Assembly (NCBI RefSeq): GCF_963676685.1
Contig: NC_092344.1
Location: 57,474,001-57,538,000 of the forward strand
DNA length: 64,000 bases
DNA from: Mytilus edulis
Lineage: Eukaryota
Reading direction: 5' to 3'
Shown: piece after piece, positions 25,531-39,796 of the stretch
How positions within the stretch are numbered: the first letter of the stretch is position 1
How the letters are laid out: every line of letters starts with the position of its first letter
Translations under genes and position numbers: made by a program
The notes under the pieces: model-generated
The model's input: the letters and a program-made list of their open reading frames with translations, nothing else
Databases searched by the model: none
Told to the model about the DNA's origin: nothing

Positions 25531-28500
25531 ATCTTGACGATATTTTGTTTGACTGTCTCTTTGTAGATTATGATAGAATTGTACATATTAGTAGTTATTT
25601 AAGGTAATTCTGTGATAAATATAAATGTTCTGAAATCGATATTAACGATGTCAAGAGCAGGTTTTGGAGGGTGAACCGTTCTGGAGTAGCATAAAGGACT
25701 GGCACATAATGATACATGTAGTTAAAAGTTGGATAGTTCGCTAAGTATTTTATATACATGTACATGTATTACCTTTGCTTGGTGCTTAACTGTGGTATCA
25801 AAAGCTACAGACCTGCGCATAAGGCTTTTTTTTTATTAAGCGTGCGTTGTTGCGGGTTTCCTAATTTGTTTATGGTGACGATGGTTAGATAATAACAGAT
25901 ATAACTTTACAAAAATGTTTGATTACTCATTTTTGAAAAGTATATCACTGCATTTGAAGTGCTCAATAGTATTATATATGTTTTGATAGTCCGTCATTTT
26001 TTTTTTATTGATATAGTAATAATTTTATTTGCAAAATACACTCATATTGGTTTAAGCAAACACAAAAACCAATATATCTAATTCAGATAGTGAAGAATTA
26101 TAAATATGAAAATAAAAAACAGTTATAAATGGTAATGTAGTAAGTAACCTTTGCTTTGATGGACCTGCTGGACCTCATTTTCGCATGTCTGAAGATATTC
26201 TACAGACATAATTATGTTTGTGAACGTCAACTATTTTCTATTTTTGTATAAATTGTTATAATTTCCTTTTATGAAACAAATTATGACCTATTTTAGTACT
26301 ATTGCACGAAATGCGACAAACAGGATGCCAAACGCCTTTACCTTTTTGGAGGAAGGAATAAATCCGAGATGTTTTGATAGAACGCTATTTTATTTTTATT
26401 TTTATTTTTTTCGTTCATAATTATAGTTTTTTTATCGGTTGTGATATCAATTTCTATCAATTTCCGTTTATGAAAAATGTAAAATGTATTACATATTTTT
26501 AGCAGCATTGCAACAATAGCTATAACCCGGATGATTTAAACATATCGGGGGTGAAATAGTAAAAGCAGTGGGTTTCGAACCTAACTAATGAAGAATCTAA
26601 TATCATAATCCTGGAACCGTCTTTGTTTCTCGTTTTAAGTGTAACAATGATGAAACTCAAATAAAATCGAGCTATATGCAAGAAGTTATATTTGATCGTT
26701 ATAAAATCTTCTGTAAGGAAACGCATGTTCAGTGAAGTGTCTTCCAACTACTGTAACATAAACGAAATTAATAAAAATCGAAAAACATTTGTTCGTGGTT
26801 ATTGTATGATTTGTTTATATTTCTGGAACACTATAGTTGTAGAACCATTTAAGGAATAATTTGCAGTTGCAAATACGCTCCTAAACAATGAAATTGAGAA
26901 TAGAAATGGGGAATTTGTCAAAAATACAACAACCCGACCAAGGACCAAAAACAGCCCGAGGCCACCAATGGGTCTTCACCACAGCAATAACAACCCACAC
27001 CGGAGACGGGCTTGAGCTGGCCCCTTACTGGACTGTTTGTATACAAGTGGCATACATTTTAACTCGGTTCTTCTGCATAATTCATATAGAAACAACAGAG
27101 TACAAAATATTTGAGACTTGTTACAAGTTGTTGAGAAAACTTCATAATATGAAAAAAAGATGTGGTATGATTGCCAATAAGACATCTCACCACAAGAGAC
27201 CAAATGATACAGAAATTACCAACTATAGAAAATTGTACTTGTATCTGATACAATTTGCTTTGAGCTAATAAAATTTGTTTAATCTAAACTACAAGTTAAT
27301 GTTAGAAGGGTGTGTTAACCTGTACGGATCACCTGTTTCTTGGTGGGCTTCGTGTTGCTTAATCTTTAGTTTTCCGTGTTGTGTTTTCTAAACTGTTGGG
27401 TTTCTTTTCGTTGTTGGTTTTATTGCATTGGTTTTGTTTGATTTTCTTCGACTTCTTGTTTGGATTGCCCAATGATATTTTCTTCTGTATTTTGGTCTTA
27501 AAGTTGTTAACTTAATTCGGCTTTGTATCCGTTGTAAATGGTGAGAAAGGAAAAAACAGACAGAAGTATTACAAATATAAATACATGTACTGCATAATCT
27601 CTTTAATAAAATTGGAAAATTACAAAAAAAAACAAAAAAACACAACGGCAAAAAGAAAAGCGATAAAAAGACAAGCAGCCGTTGAAATAATTTCAAAATG
27701 AATACACAGACTGAGAAACAAGAATAGCATCAAAGCAAGGAGTTTACTTCGCCTCCTCGTTTTCGATAAGTAATTATTGCTGCACTAGTCACATCCGCCG
27801 TTTTACTCCTGTTTAAATTCTTTGATGAGTCATATTATAGTTGTAGTCATTATTAGCACCATTTATCACGAATTCATCTGTCTAATCCTAAGACATTACA
27901 ATTTACAACCAATCGGTCAGTATTTAAAAACACAGAGAACAGATCTCTTAAAAGATGCCAGAATTATAAAAAAAAACACGGTCCCATTGAAAGTTAGTCC
28001 TTCTTCGTCGCACCGCTGATTTCATTTCAATTGGTTTGTATCGCAATGAGACATGAAAATAAATTAAAGAAATTGTATCTAACTTTTTAACGGGTGTCCG
28101 TTTCGGGATATTCTATGCTGCTCGCAAAAACTTAATTAAGTTAATATGTGGAATGGAATTTGGGCTATGTTTTTTTTATTGGATATTCTATTACATTTTC
28201 CATTCAGATTTAGTGATGTTCGTTTGGGAACTGTGTATGTTTCTTGTTTTCAAAAATATGCTTCTGATGACCAATTAAATAAATGGGGAGAAATAGAATT
28301 GAAATGTATAGCTTGCTGTTCGGTGTGATCCAAGGCTCCGTGCTGAAGGTCGTACCTTGACCTATAATGGTTTATACTTTTATAAATTGTTACTTTGATG
28401 GAGAGTTGTCTTATTGGCACTCATACCACATCTCCCTTTATCTAGTGTATGATATTACATATTTCTTTAAGGAATAAAATAATATCATTTTAAATGTTAT

Positions 28501-29909
28501 TTTGTATTTTTTATACACGTCGCTGGATAATTCAAAGTAAAATTGAAAACAGTTTTGCTCTTCTCTGATGAACTTCTTAAAATTGTGATAGAATGAAATT
28601 CCGAAAGGCAACTGATAGAATAACTTCCAAATGCTAGCTTAAGAGTGCATCAAATTGTATAGCAGTTTGTAAAAACACGACACTTTTTTGTTGAGGAGCT
28701 TGATTTATCTTTACTAAAAATATATGGTTAAAACGTTAAGCTTATTATTAAAAAGTTAACTCCCTTATGTGTTATATCATGGTAGAACTATCAGAATACA
28801 TTTAAGAATAAATTTATGCAAAACAGTGCTGCTGTAGAACTGTCTGGATCTGAACTTGAATAGAACTTTTCAATTTGTTCTAGGCTAGACTGTCTTGATC
28901 GGATCTAGGATAAAACTTTCCAAATGTGTTCTAGGGTAGAACTTTCCGGTTCGGAACCATGCTAGTAAAACAATTAATTTTCAATCAAATATTTATGTTA
29001 TAAATAGATTATAATTATAATGATTATCCCAATGCATGGAGGAAATATAATTCTAATATTTCCGTAAATATTTTTGAAAAACAATCTATTCCAAAGTACA
29101 ATTTTACACTTGTGGAAGTCTGCCGTGGGAATTTATTATTTTCAGGTGAAGAAATGGTTCTAGTATGAAATTGATTCTGAAGAAACTAACCTTTATCTCT
29201 TTATTCACCCTCATTCTAGCATTGGTCATTTAATTTTTAGAAAAAGGGCTAGGGACGTCTCAAGGATTTGTTTTAAATTTCAATTTCTTTTTTTTTTGTA
29301 TTTTACGTATGTTTTGGAACATAAACATTACAATGAGTCCGATCTAAAATGTAACCAAGAATCCTACTAGCATCCGTGCATGATCACAAGCTTTAGTGAA
29401 TAGTTACCACACACTATTTTTTTCATTCACAAATAATTTATAAATTTGATGAATTTTCACAAAGTCGAACAAACAGTGAAAAAAAATGTAACGTTTTTTG
29501 AATATCTAAATTTGTCGTTAAGTCTAGTAGAGAAAACATATTTAGTTAAAAATAAAAGTATATCTCTCAATATGTAGATTTGTAATAAAATCATGCATTA
29601 TATAATATACACCATTTAACAGAGTTATCGCACTTGAAATTGACATCGCCAACGGAACACTACAAACATCACCATTTTTTTTCTTTCTAAAACCGGTTGT
29701 GGAAGAACAGGTGCAAAATCCACTGAAATAAAGCAGTTTTTTTTATATTAATTTCATGAGAAAATAGCATGACCCTTAGCTTAAAGAGGCAAATCAAATC
29801 AAATCCTTTTATTGGTGTAAAATCCAAATATTGGATTGTTACCAAGACACACATGACAATCATTCCTAACATACAAATTAACAATATTGAAATATAAACA
29901 GAATTCATA

Positions 29910-31980
29910 TTGACAGTCCATTTTCAATATCAGAAGTAAAGAACTGTATAAAAGAATTGAAATCAGGGAAAAGCGCTGGACCTGACTAAAATTATAAAAT
30001 ATAGTAGCATTGTAACAGTTGCATCCATAGTTAAACTTTTTAATCTTATTTTATCATCTGGCATTTACCCTACTAGCTGGAGGAAAGCTTTTATTGTTTT
30101 GATCCACAAGTCTGGAGATAAAGAAGACATATGTAACTAGAGAGGTATTTCTATTTTAAACTGTCTAGAAACATTATATAGCTCTATTTTAAGCAAAAGA
30201 CTAATAAAACATTATGAAAATAAGTTCTCCAGTCATCAATTTGGATTCCGTTCAAATCATAGAACGTCTGATAGGATATTTATTCTAAAAACTGTTGTCA
30301 CCAAATACTTGAAAAAAATAAGACAAAGCTGTTTGCTTGTTTTGTAGATTTGCGTGATGCTTTTGACTCTGTTTGGCATAATGACCTGTTGTATAAATGA
30401 TGGTGTTGGTGTAAAATGTTATACTACTTTGAAAAATATGTATAGCTTATCCCAGTCTGCACTTAAGATTGGTAATGAACACTCTTTGTTTTTTCTAATT
30501 ATTAGAGGTGTAAGACAAGGGGACAGTTTAAGTCCTACTTTGTTTAATTGTTATATTAATGATTTACTTTTGATGAAACTTGCAACCCTCCAGTTATTGA
30601 CAGTTCAAGTGTCCAAACTCTCAGTTATGCAGATGATTTAGTGTTACTGTCTAAGACACACCAGGGGCTTCAAAATGCATTAGACAAACTAAATTAATAT
30701 TGTATTAAATGGCAGTTGAGTGTAAATACAAACAAGACTAAAATTCTAGTTTTTCAGAATATTTATAAACAATACCGCCCCCCCCCCCCCTCGATCTTGT
30801 TCAATGATAAATTTTTGACTGAAGTTAAGGACTTTAAATTTCTAGTGAATTTTATTATTTAATGGGGAAATTTTACAAAAACTACTGAAGAGCTGTCTAA
30901 AAAAGGTATCAAAGTTTTATTTTTATTGAGAAAATATATTTTCAATTTTGTTCCCACTAATTTGTCATGTAAATTATTTGATACTCTTATAATACCTATT
31001 TTGACATACAACTCTGAAATTTGGTTTATGGATAATTTTCAGTCAACTTTTAGGGCATCAAATAGAGCTGCTGTAAATAATACTTTTTGTGACACTCTTG
31101 CATTAGCATAAAAATATCCTTTTGAGAAGGTTCATTCTAAATTTTGTACAGCAGTATTAGGATTGAAAAAGACAGCCACTAACATAGGTGCTAGCTCAGA
31201 ATTAGGTAGATTTACTTTGGACTCTTATATAAAAACGCAAACACTCATGTATTTTTATAGAATAAACTGTAATGATATTAATCCCCTGGTTAAAGAATCT
31301 TTACAAACAAACTTAAATTTACATTCTGCAGGAATTTATTCTTGGTACTAAAATTTTTAAAGATATGAAAATAAACCCTGAAATTTACTCTAATATTAAT
31401 GTACCTTTTAAACAATCAAAAAACGTGTTAAAATGTAATATTAAAAAGTATGTTTCAGAGGAAATGAAAACACTACTTTAAATAAACTTTTAAAATTAGA
31501 TTCCTCATCAAAACTTTGTCTTTATGGGAAATTAAAAACTAATTGTCAGTCTGAGGAATTTCAATATTTAAATTGCAATAATTTTATACATAGACAGTTA
31601 CTCTCAAAATTTGGACTGAGTGATCATTCTCTAGGCATTGAATTGGGAAGGTACAGGCGTTCTAATCTGTTTGCTTATCTAAAAGAAAATATACCATTAT
31701 TTCAACATCTTGATTCTTTTCATAAACTAAAACGCATTCTAAACCCCATCCCTGAACTTGTTTGTAATATTGGAGTCTTCATTAAGCAGTCTTTAGAACT
31801 GAGGGGGTAAGACCCATGTCAGACAAGCTCATGATTTTGTTTTATACATCAATTTATAATTTGAACTCTTGAAATATGTTCAGTTATAGTGTAATGTATT
31901 TTATTGTATTGCATTGTGTTTAAAATGTATAAATGTTTGTTTGTATTGCTTGACCCTTTTGGGTGTAATTTTGCAATACA
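29910..31980 (+). mobile_element. Decayed 5'-truncated LINE (RT and 3' region, many stops and frameshifts)
   Basis: Motifs LKSGKSAGPD, RGVRQGDSLSPTLFNCYINDL, YADDLVLLS, KLFDTLIIPILTYNSEIW, ELGRFTL and LSDHSLGIELGRY. Confidence 0.9.
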
Positions 31981-32734
31981 GATATATATAACATATTCTA
32001 TATAAGACGTATAGCTATATATATATATTTAGATGTTTTGGAGGAGGTGATACTTTTGCAAACTTAAAAATACAAGTACATAAATTCATAATGCAATTGT
32101 TTTAAAATATATCAAAACAAATACTATAAGAAAAATATAAAATAGAGGCATGCGAGTAAACTTTCCAATTGAAATAGACAACAACGCCCTTGAAATACGA
32201 AAATGAAACATCCGTTCTCACAGCATAGTGTGTCTTTTTAAAAGTGTAAAAATGATATTGCAATTATTCTATTAGAAAAACAATCAGAATTGAACAACGA
32301 ATTAATAAAATTTTCAATTTCATTCAGTTATAATTTTAATATTTTAAGACAAAAAAATATCTTTCCAACTAAAAACAAAAGGCAGTCATAACTTAATATA
32401 TATAGTTATAAAATCACGACTTTTTTGTCATTTTATTATCATAATACCTACATACGTGTACTTATATACAAATATTAAGTTTGACAGGCCAAATCAAGCG
32501 TGAAATAATGACAGATCTGTGACATGTAAATATACGATTGACAATTCTTATCCACAAAATATATGTACTCTAAAAAAACTTTGCCGAATATTTCATAGAG
32601 AGGACTATATAACTTTTACTTATATTTATATATACAAATACGTTAAAGATATGTAATTTTTCTTACAAAAAGTTATGTCTTTAAGGATAATGTTAAATCT
32701 AAAGAGCCTATCAACTCAGACGAGAACTAGGTAG

Positions 32735-35700
32735 TTTCAAAAAGTGGCGACCATTCCGGAAGTTCGGAACATCAACATGTCGGATCAATTAAGATTGACA
32801 ACTGTAAGTAATTCATCGATTAACGTTCGCTCGGGTACAAGCAACTCCGACATTCATGCAAATACTATTTCTAACTTATTGACATTGGTCAAGCACAGGA
32901 AAAGAAGGGAAAGAAAGAATACATTTGGAACAAATTTGGAAAAAAAATTCGGTAGTGATGGATTTTCTAGAAGACCTATCCTAAATTCTGCTGTGTCATT
33001 TGGAATTACAGATTCACATTTGACCTCGGGATCATTAGTAAATCCACCAGAATTACATAGAAAACAAATCCAAAGTGAAATGGTTGTCACAAGCGCAATG
33101 ACTTTAAATAACAGTGGACATAAAGGACTAAAAATATTAACGCCTAAAATGGTTAGAGATTACAGTGGTCAGTTTCGACCTTTTAAACCGAGAAAACCAA
33201 AAACTCCAACAACAACAACTCCAGAAATCCAAAGTTTAGCTGGATTAAATAGAACAACAGTATCTTCGACAACAGTTACTACTGCTAATAGTCCTGTTCC
33301 GGTAAGCATTGCACCAAACGAAAAAACAACTAAAGCGGGAACCAGTTTGAATCCGCATTTTACCACAGTTGGCTATAGTTCCGAAGAATCGGCTACTGTT
33401 ACTGAAATTCCGATTCAAAACAGGACTGATGAAAATGATACGCATTCTGCTCCTGAAAAGGATGAAGAACTTGTGCCAGCCACACATGGTGATAAAGATT
33501 CCTTATCACCAGACAATTCTGTACAAATTAATGAAACTTCTTTAGCTTTTGACTCCAATCTAGTAATTCCCCAGATGGATCTGATGATGTTTCCTTCTGC
33601 AAGAGCAGACGTTAGGAAAAGAAATATAGAAAGGCGACGATTTTGTGCAGGATTTAGATTGAGTAAGTTAATTTAAAACCTTATTGTATACATTAGCGGG
33701 ATAATGACTTTTTGTGCTTGACATTCAGAAGCGTCTGCTATTCCGTTATGTAAAATCAAAATTTTGAATATTGTAAAGAAAAACAATTATTCAAGTTTTT
33801 GCTTTTAATTCTCATTGTTACAAGTAAAATAAATAAAAAAAAAATTAACAAACAACAATATTTTTGTTTAACATAATTATGTTAGATATCATACTTTTTT
33901 GTAATTTTTATAATAATCACCCTCCTTCTCCTTTTTTTATATTACTATTTAATAATTTCAGAAATATGAAAATTGATCATTACTATGTTCATATAATGTA
34001 AATATTGACAATAATGATCTAACATGTGTTATGATGTCGGGGATATACAAACTGAGGCTTACAAGATTTTATTTAGAAATTAATAAAGTTTCTATGAAAT
34101 CATGATGCATTTATAATAATACAAACAAAACAAAACAAAAACAATACACCATATTTAAAGTTATATATATTTATTATTAATAACACAGATAAATTACTCT
34201 ATTTTTTTCAACTAAAAAAAAAATAAATTTCGAGCAATATTTTATACATCATTTTGAAACATTAGTTTTCATTAGTTTTATTACCCCCCTTTTTTATATA
34301 AAAGAATGAAAATAACGAAAATATTCAAGAAAGTTGAAGTCTTTATTTGTCTCGAAAGAGCTAGAATTAAGAAAGGCAAAAAAGTTTATTGGTTTCAGTT
34401 TGAAAATGAATTCTTCAACTGATGAACTTTCATTTTATTAGAATATAAGTAATTAAATTTAAATGTATCATAATAATTATTATTCAGATATTGGCAATGC
34501 AAACGTTGGCTTGCGATGCTGTATGAGGACATTAAATTGTTTTGACAATCTTCCACAATATCTGGATGAAACATTGTTCCACCGAGGAAGACACCATTTC
34601 AGTCCTGCTGATAGACGCCATATTTGCCAGTAAGATATTTAAGGATATTAAATTTTTGTTCATTTTAAATTTTTCATGTGTTTTTATCTTTTTTTAAAGA
34701 AAAAGTATGCACATCCACAACAGTATGAACAGTCAGCACTTTTGTACCTTGTACCTCAGTTATGAATTTTGTCTCTCCCTCTGTCATTCTGAATATGCAT
34801 GAAATATTTGCCACTGGACGTCAAGCAAACGACAATCAATCATTTGTCTCTTGATTTACAACTATTATTATGTTTACTACAATACAACATGTACATGTAG
34901 CACTGGTATTATATATATTAGTCTCTACTGGGACTATAACCTATATGATTTTTCAATTATACATAGACCCGGAACAAAGCATGGAAATGCTGATGGTTTA
35001 TCCCGTTGCCCCCAAGAACAGTGATTATGCTCTGAAAATGACACTTTAGAAAGTTTAAAGTGTGGACCCTGTAATAAATGCATTAAGAGATCCCGATAAA
35101 TGGAGAGTACTCTCATAGAAAATAACCCCAAATTTTTGTCCCTATTAGGGCAGTTATACCCGAAGTGAAACTGCTGACTTGGAAAAGAAGTATTGGACAA
35201 AATGGAAAGAGAAATATAGCTCTAGTAAACTGACCCAGTATCAAGAAGATGATGCAGATATATGCCCTATTCTTGATGGCTTAAGAAAAATGAAAAGCCA
35301 ACTGATTTGACCCTTAGTAGTCCAACAACCCTGTTTTTTGTTACTGTACAATAGTATTAGTGAATATTATACAGATTTATATTTTTACATGTACTTATTT
35401 TCATATATATTATTTTTAATTCACATTTTAAGAGAAATAATGTTTATATATGTTTTAACTTTTTAAAATTTTTTCATATAATTTTTTTCTAATTTTAGAG
35501 ATATAGACGATTCCATGCATTGTTTAGAAAGAGTATTGGATAGAGATAACTGTAAACCAGTTACTTCTTTAATGAACAGGAAAATGTCGTCACAGATGGG
35601 AAAAGTCAAACAGTTTTATCAGAATATTTGTCCTAATGGTATATATAGTTATTTTGTATTCAATTTCAGAAAATGAGGTATATTTTAACCTCCTTGGTTT

Positions 35701-38201
35701 CAGGAAACATATAAGGGGAAGTAACAACTAATAAGATTACGGAAATAATAATTAGCTCGATACATTTATGTCCCTTTTATTGGTAATTCAGCACTATATC
35801 GATAAAAACTAACAGTTCAATTGTTATACTATAAAAATACAAAATGTATACTGCATGAATACAAGAAAGGTCAAATACAGACAATACAGAAAAAACCTCG
35901 AGAATATAACATAATGTTAAATTAAACACTCTCGAGATGGAAAACAGCGGTAAACGTGCATTTTCTCTTTAAAATAAATAGTATTCTTTATTTAAGTTCT
36001 TGGTTTCAAAATGTGTATACATAGAGCTGCCTGAGAATTGCTAAACGCTAAACGTCCTGTTTTACATGAAATGTACCATGTATTTGATGTTAAAAATAAA
36101 AATAAATGGTTGATACAGGAACACAAGTAATAAGTAACTGAATAAATGATCAACAATTTGCTAAGGAACCGGTTACACTGACAAACAACTACAGTAGGTG
36201 AATAACAACCATACGGTAGATGGATTCTTATCTATATGGCCTCCCAACAGAAGAGACAGCACGCGCTCTCCCAAAATGGGATATCTGATTTAAAGTCGCT
36301 ATTTTGACGGGACGAGTTTCGGCTTTGATATATCATACATGGATAAGAATAAAAAAACAACAAAACACCATCTGATTGAAGAGACAAGAAAATATTTTTT
36401 TACAATAACTTAACTTCAGACATGATGATTTGATATTTGTGCATCCTGCATATTTTCAACTAGATGTAGAAATTAATGTCATTCAACATGGATTTCAAGC
36501 ATATAAGTTTGGTTTTTCAGATCCACATATTTCCACTGTCCCTCAAAATGGAAAACCTACTACACCAACAAACCATAACAATCTTAAAAGCAAAGGATTC
36601 GGACCAATCCCGGGATCACTATTACCGTTTGTAGGAGGTACCATAGCTGGGTTGATTCTATTATCTATAATCCTGCTAATTGTGATATATTGTAGAAAAC
36701 AATGCAAAATCAAGTAGGTATACCATTTATTTTTATATATAGCATTTAATATAGATTCCTGTTTTAGGTATAAGAGTAAGAGAAATGGTGAAATATATAC
36801 GTCAAACATTAGTTTTATCCCCACACATTCCACTATTTTCTATATTATTTATATCTTGGACAATCCTGTAAAAGCGCACGGAGAAGAAATTGAACTACTT
36901 CAGTATCAACTATTCTAACCATACAGACGTATGATGAATGAAAACATTATCCCGGTTTTCCCCACCTGAAGCCACTTGTATAAAATTCTGAAACTTATAC
37001 GTATCATATATATCGTTTTATAAATTTTTCTAATTAATGCAAAACTTTTTGGTCCATTTGTCTAGAAGTTTTTCACAGACACGTATCTTCAACCAATATT
37101 ATAATCATGCGTTAAATTCATATTTTGTTGTTGCAGAAAACGTAATTCTGAAAGTCAAGAATCAAGTTTCGAATCCGACCAATCATTGAGGTATAAATCA
37201 GTTTCCCACAATCGACGGAGGTCTAGTGCTTATGAAGAAATAGACGTTCATAAAGTAAGTTTATGGCTAATAAAATAGAATACACGAACAAACTCAGAGG
37301 AAAAATTGTTTTTTCTTTTTATGCCCCACTAAGGGGCATTATATAGTTATTCGGGTTATAAACCGCTGCAGGTTAAAGTTTTTGAAACTTAGTACATACA
37401 TGTATGTTCCCTTTATTTTTTGACACCAATTTCACTGTCCACTGAACATAAAAAAAAATGATAGTACGGGTGGGGCATCCTTGTATTATGGACGCATTTT
37501 TGTTTGTTTGTTACCGGTATGTCAATCATTTGTTTAACAACACCAAAATGTGGTTATGATACAATACTAGTGTATTTGGAATGTAGTTAGCCTATTTGCC
37601 TTTTCTTAATTTTGCTTTGGCGCTGTCTGTTTGTTATTCCACTTATGGTTTTTGAATGCAGCATTCGTATTTCCTTCTTTGTATTTGTAGTATTCATATA
37701 TAACATGTAGCAAGAGGTTTAGAGCGGTAGCATGTAACAAGGGATTCAAGCTGTATAAATGAATAAGTTGTATCATTTATGTATAATTTAATTATCTATT
37801 GTCGCCAGTTTTATACTCAGCCTTTGTTTATTTTCTAGATGGTCCCTTCAATAAATTCACCAAACAAAAAGAAGAATCATGGTATTGACGAATCACGCAT
37901 ATCAAGGAAACTACCTAGTGCTCCAAGTGAGGAGGGATTTAAAACAGGAAATCATTACTATTTATCTCCAACTTCGAGTTTACCCGAGGATAACCGAATA
38001 AACGATAGTGATAAAGGCGTTTCAAATTTCGGGTATTTAGATCTACAAACGGACGAGAACGGTCAGTCATATGCCAAATTAAAGACAGAAGAGGGAGAAT
38101 ATATTACACCAGAAGAAATAGAAAGTACACCAAAACAAAAAGAGAAAAATCCAAAAGAAGAATATCATATGTATTTTGTATTAGAAAAGGAGGATGAATA
38201 A
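32735..38201 (+). CDS. Gene C: paralog of gene B (mucin stalk, 8-Cys domain, TM, ITAM/ITIM tail)
   Basis: Exons ~32735-33662 (...FPSARADVRKRNIERRRFCAGFRL), 34488-34629, 35499-35638, 36521-36713 (TM FVGGTIAGLILLSIILLIVIYC then RK), 37137-37254 and 37839-38201. Phases are the same as B. Shared motifs include CC..TLNCFD.LP..LDET.FH.G, GQSYAKL, EIESTP and HMYFVLEKE. The 5' end is unresolved. Confidence 0.85.
34945..35330 (+). pseudogene. Ty3/Gypsy pol fragment (RNase H C-terminus and linker) in a gene C intron
   Basis: YDFSIIHRPGTKHGNADGLSRCP...CGPCNKC...QYQEDDADICPI, with internal stops. Confidence 0.8.
37316..37505 (+). mobile_element. Internally deleted HINE-like copy
   Basis: Shares TTTTATGCC, CAGGTTAA, TGAAACTTAGTACA, TCCACT.AACATA and GGGGCATCC with 3963-4253. 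Confidence 0.6.
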
Positions 38202-39796
38202 GGTTGTGAAGTGATGGAATAAATCGAATCCAATAACTTACACATTTATGGAATATTTATTTATGTATAAATAGATTGCATTTGTAAATTATTCTACATA
38301 TTTTTGTCATAATTAAAATCATGTTTTTGAATGATTTGAATTACATTTTTATTTCACTTTAAATGTTTACATAAAAAATGGGATTTGTGGATGAGTTAAT
38401 CTGTGCCCTATAGGACCTTCTCATCATCATAATCTTGAACTACATGTATATGATGACGTTGGCGTCAACACCCTCAACAATATGCATAAATCTCCCCATC
38501 CAGTTTCTTAAAAAGCTAGTGAATTTTCAAAGCAGTTCCTGTTTCATTAATGGCATCCGTCTTGTTGCTCAATTTAGATCAAAATACCCTTGTACGTGAA
38601 ACATAATTGAAACGTTTGTAAATGGTTTTTGAAAAGATTCCCATTATGGATTAAACATAAAAAAAAAACGCTGACAGAATTAAGCTCAGTGGTTTTAAAA
38701 TTTCATTATGTTGAGAAAATTTAAAGTTCGTGTTTGACCATAAAAAATGCCAAACTCACGTAATATTCAAACAGTATATATTTTGGATCAGTCTCATTAC
38801 ATTCCAATGAAAACTGAGTTTTTCATTGATAAACCAAATGTTGAAGTGGCAGAGTTTATACTTGTAAGGATTTTGAAATAGGTTTAGATCAAAATACAAA
38901 ATGAAACTTAAAAAAAAAACAACCAAAAAAACCCTTTTAATTATATATTTCATGCGGCTGAAGCATTTTTCGTTATTTACTCCCGGTTCAGGAAAGCTCA
39001 ATGATTACCTGTTACACAAAGAGGTAGAAGAACCGACAAAATTGCAGATTTACAGGACCAAATTTAAACTAAAAATAATAGCCAAATCCATGTATATACT
39101 ATTTTGTTTCATTTCCTCATCAACATTCAGTTCTGTAGGTAATTTAAAAATATGATGAACCTATATTTCTTAAACAGAGTACTGTCTGGAATCAAACGGA
39201 GCCTTCTGATAAAAAAATAGGACGTGGGCGGCGATGAAAGCTTTTTAATTGACATATCGTACGAACTTCCTAGTTTCCATGTGTTCTGACGTAGGAGAAT
39301 TAGCGTTGACCATCTTCCGCATAATATATTGAAATGACTAAGACCACGTTCTTATTAAAGTGGATAAATCCTAATGTTTATTCTGATAAAAATACCCTGT
39401 ACAAAATGACTGTTTGTGTATTACGAGAAAACAAAATAAAATCTGTGATCAAAGTTCTGTTATTTTTTTATCAGAAACAAATATTATCAATTATAATATA
39501 TGTCTTCGGTTTTATGGCGAAAAAGATGAGCAAAATTCTGGAGTTCGCATAAATTTGACTTATATTATTAGATTTTAGAATAGGAAAGTTAAACGTAGAT
39601 CAAAGTTTTTTCTTAATGATTTTGTGTTATTTCAGTTATTGGCTTTTGCTTTTGATTTTGTAACTACAAGTTTTAATACATTTATGTTTTTTTTTTGGGG
39701 TCGCAATGATAATGAATTTTGAGTGAAAACAAAAATATACCATAAATTAGCAATTTATTTCAAACTCAAATTGAGTATAACTATTACTATTAGTAA

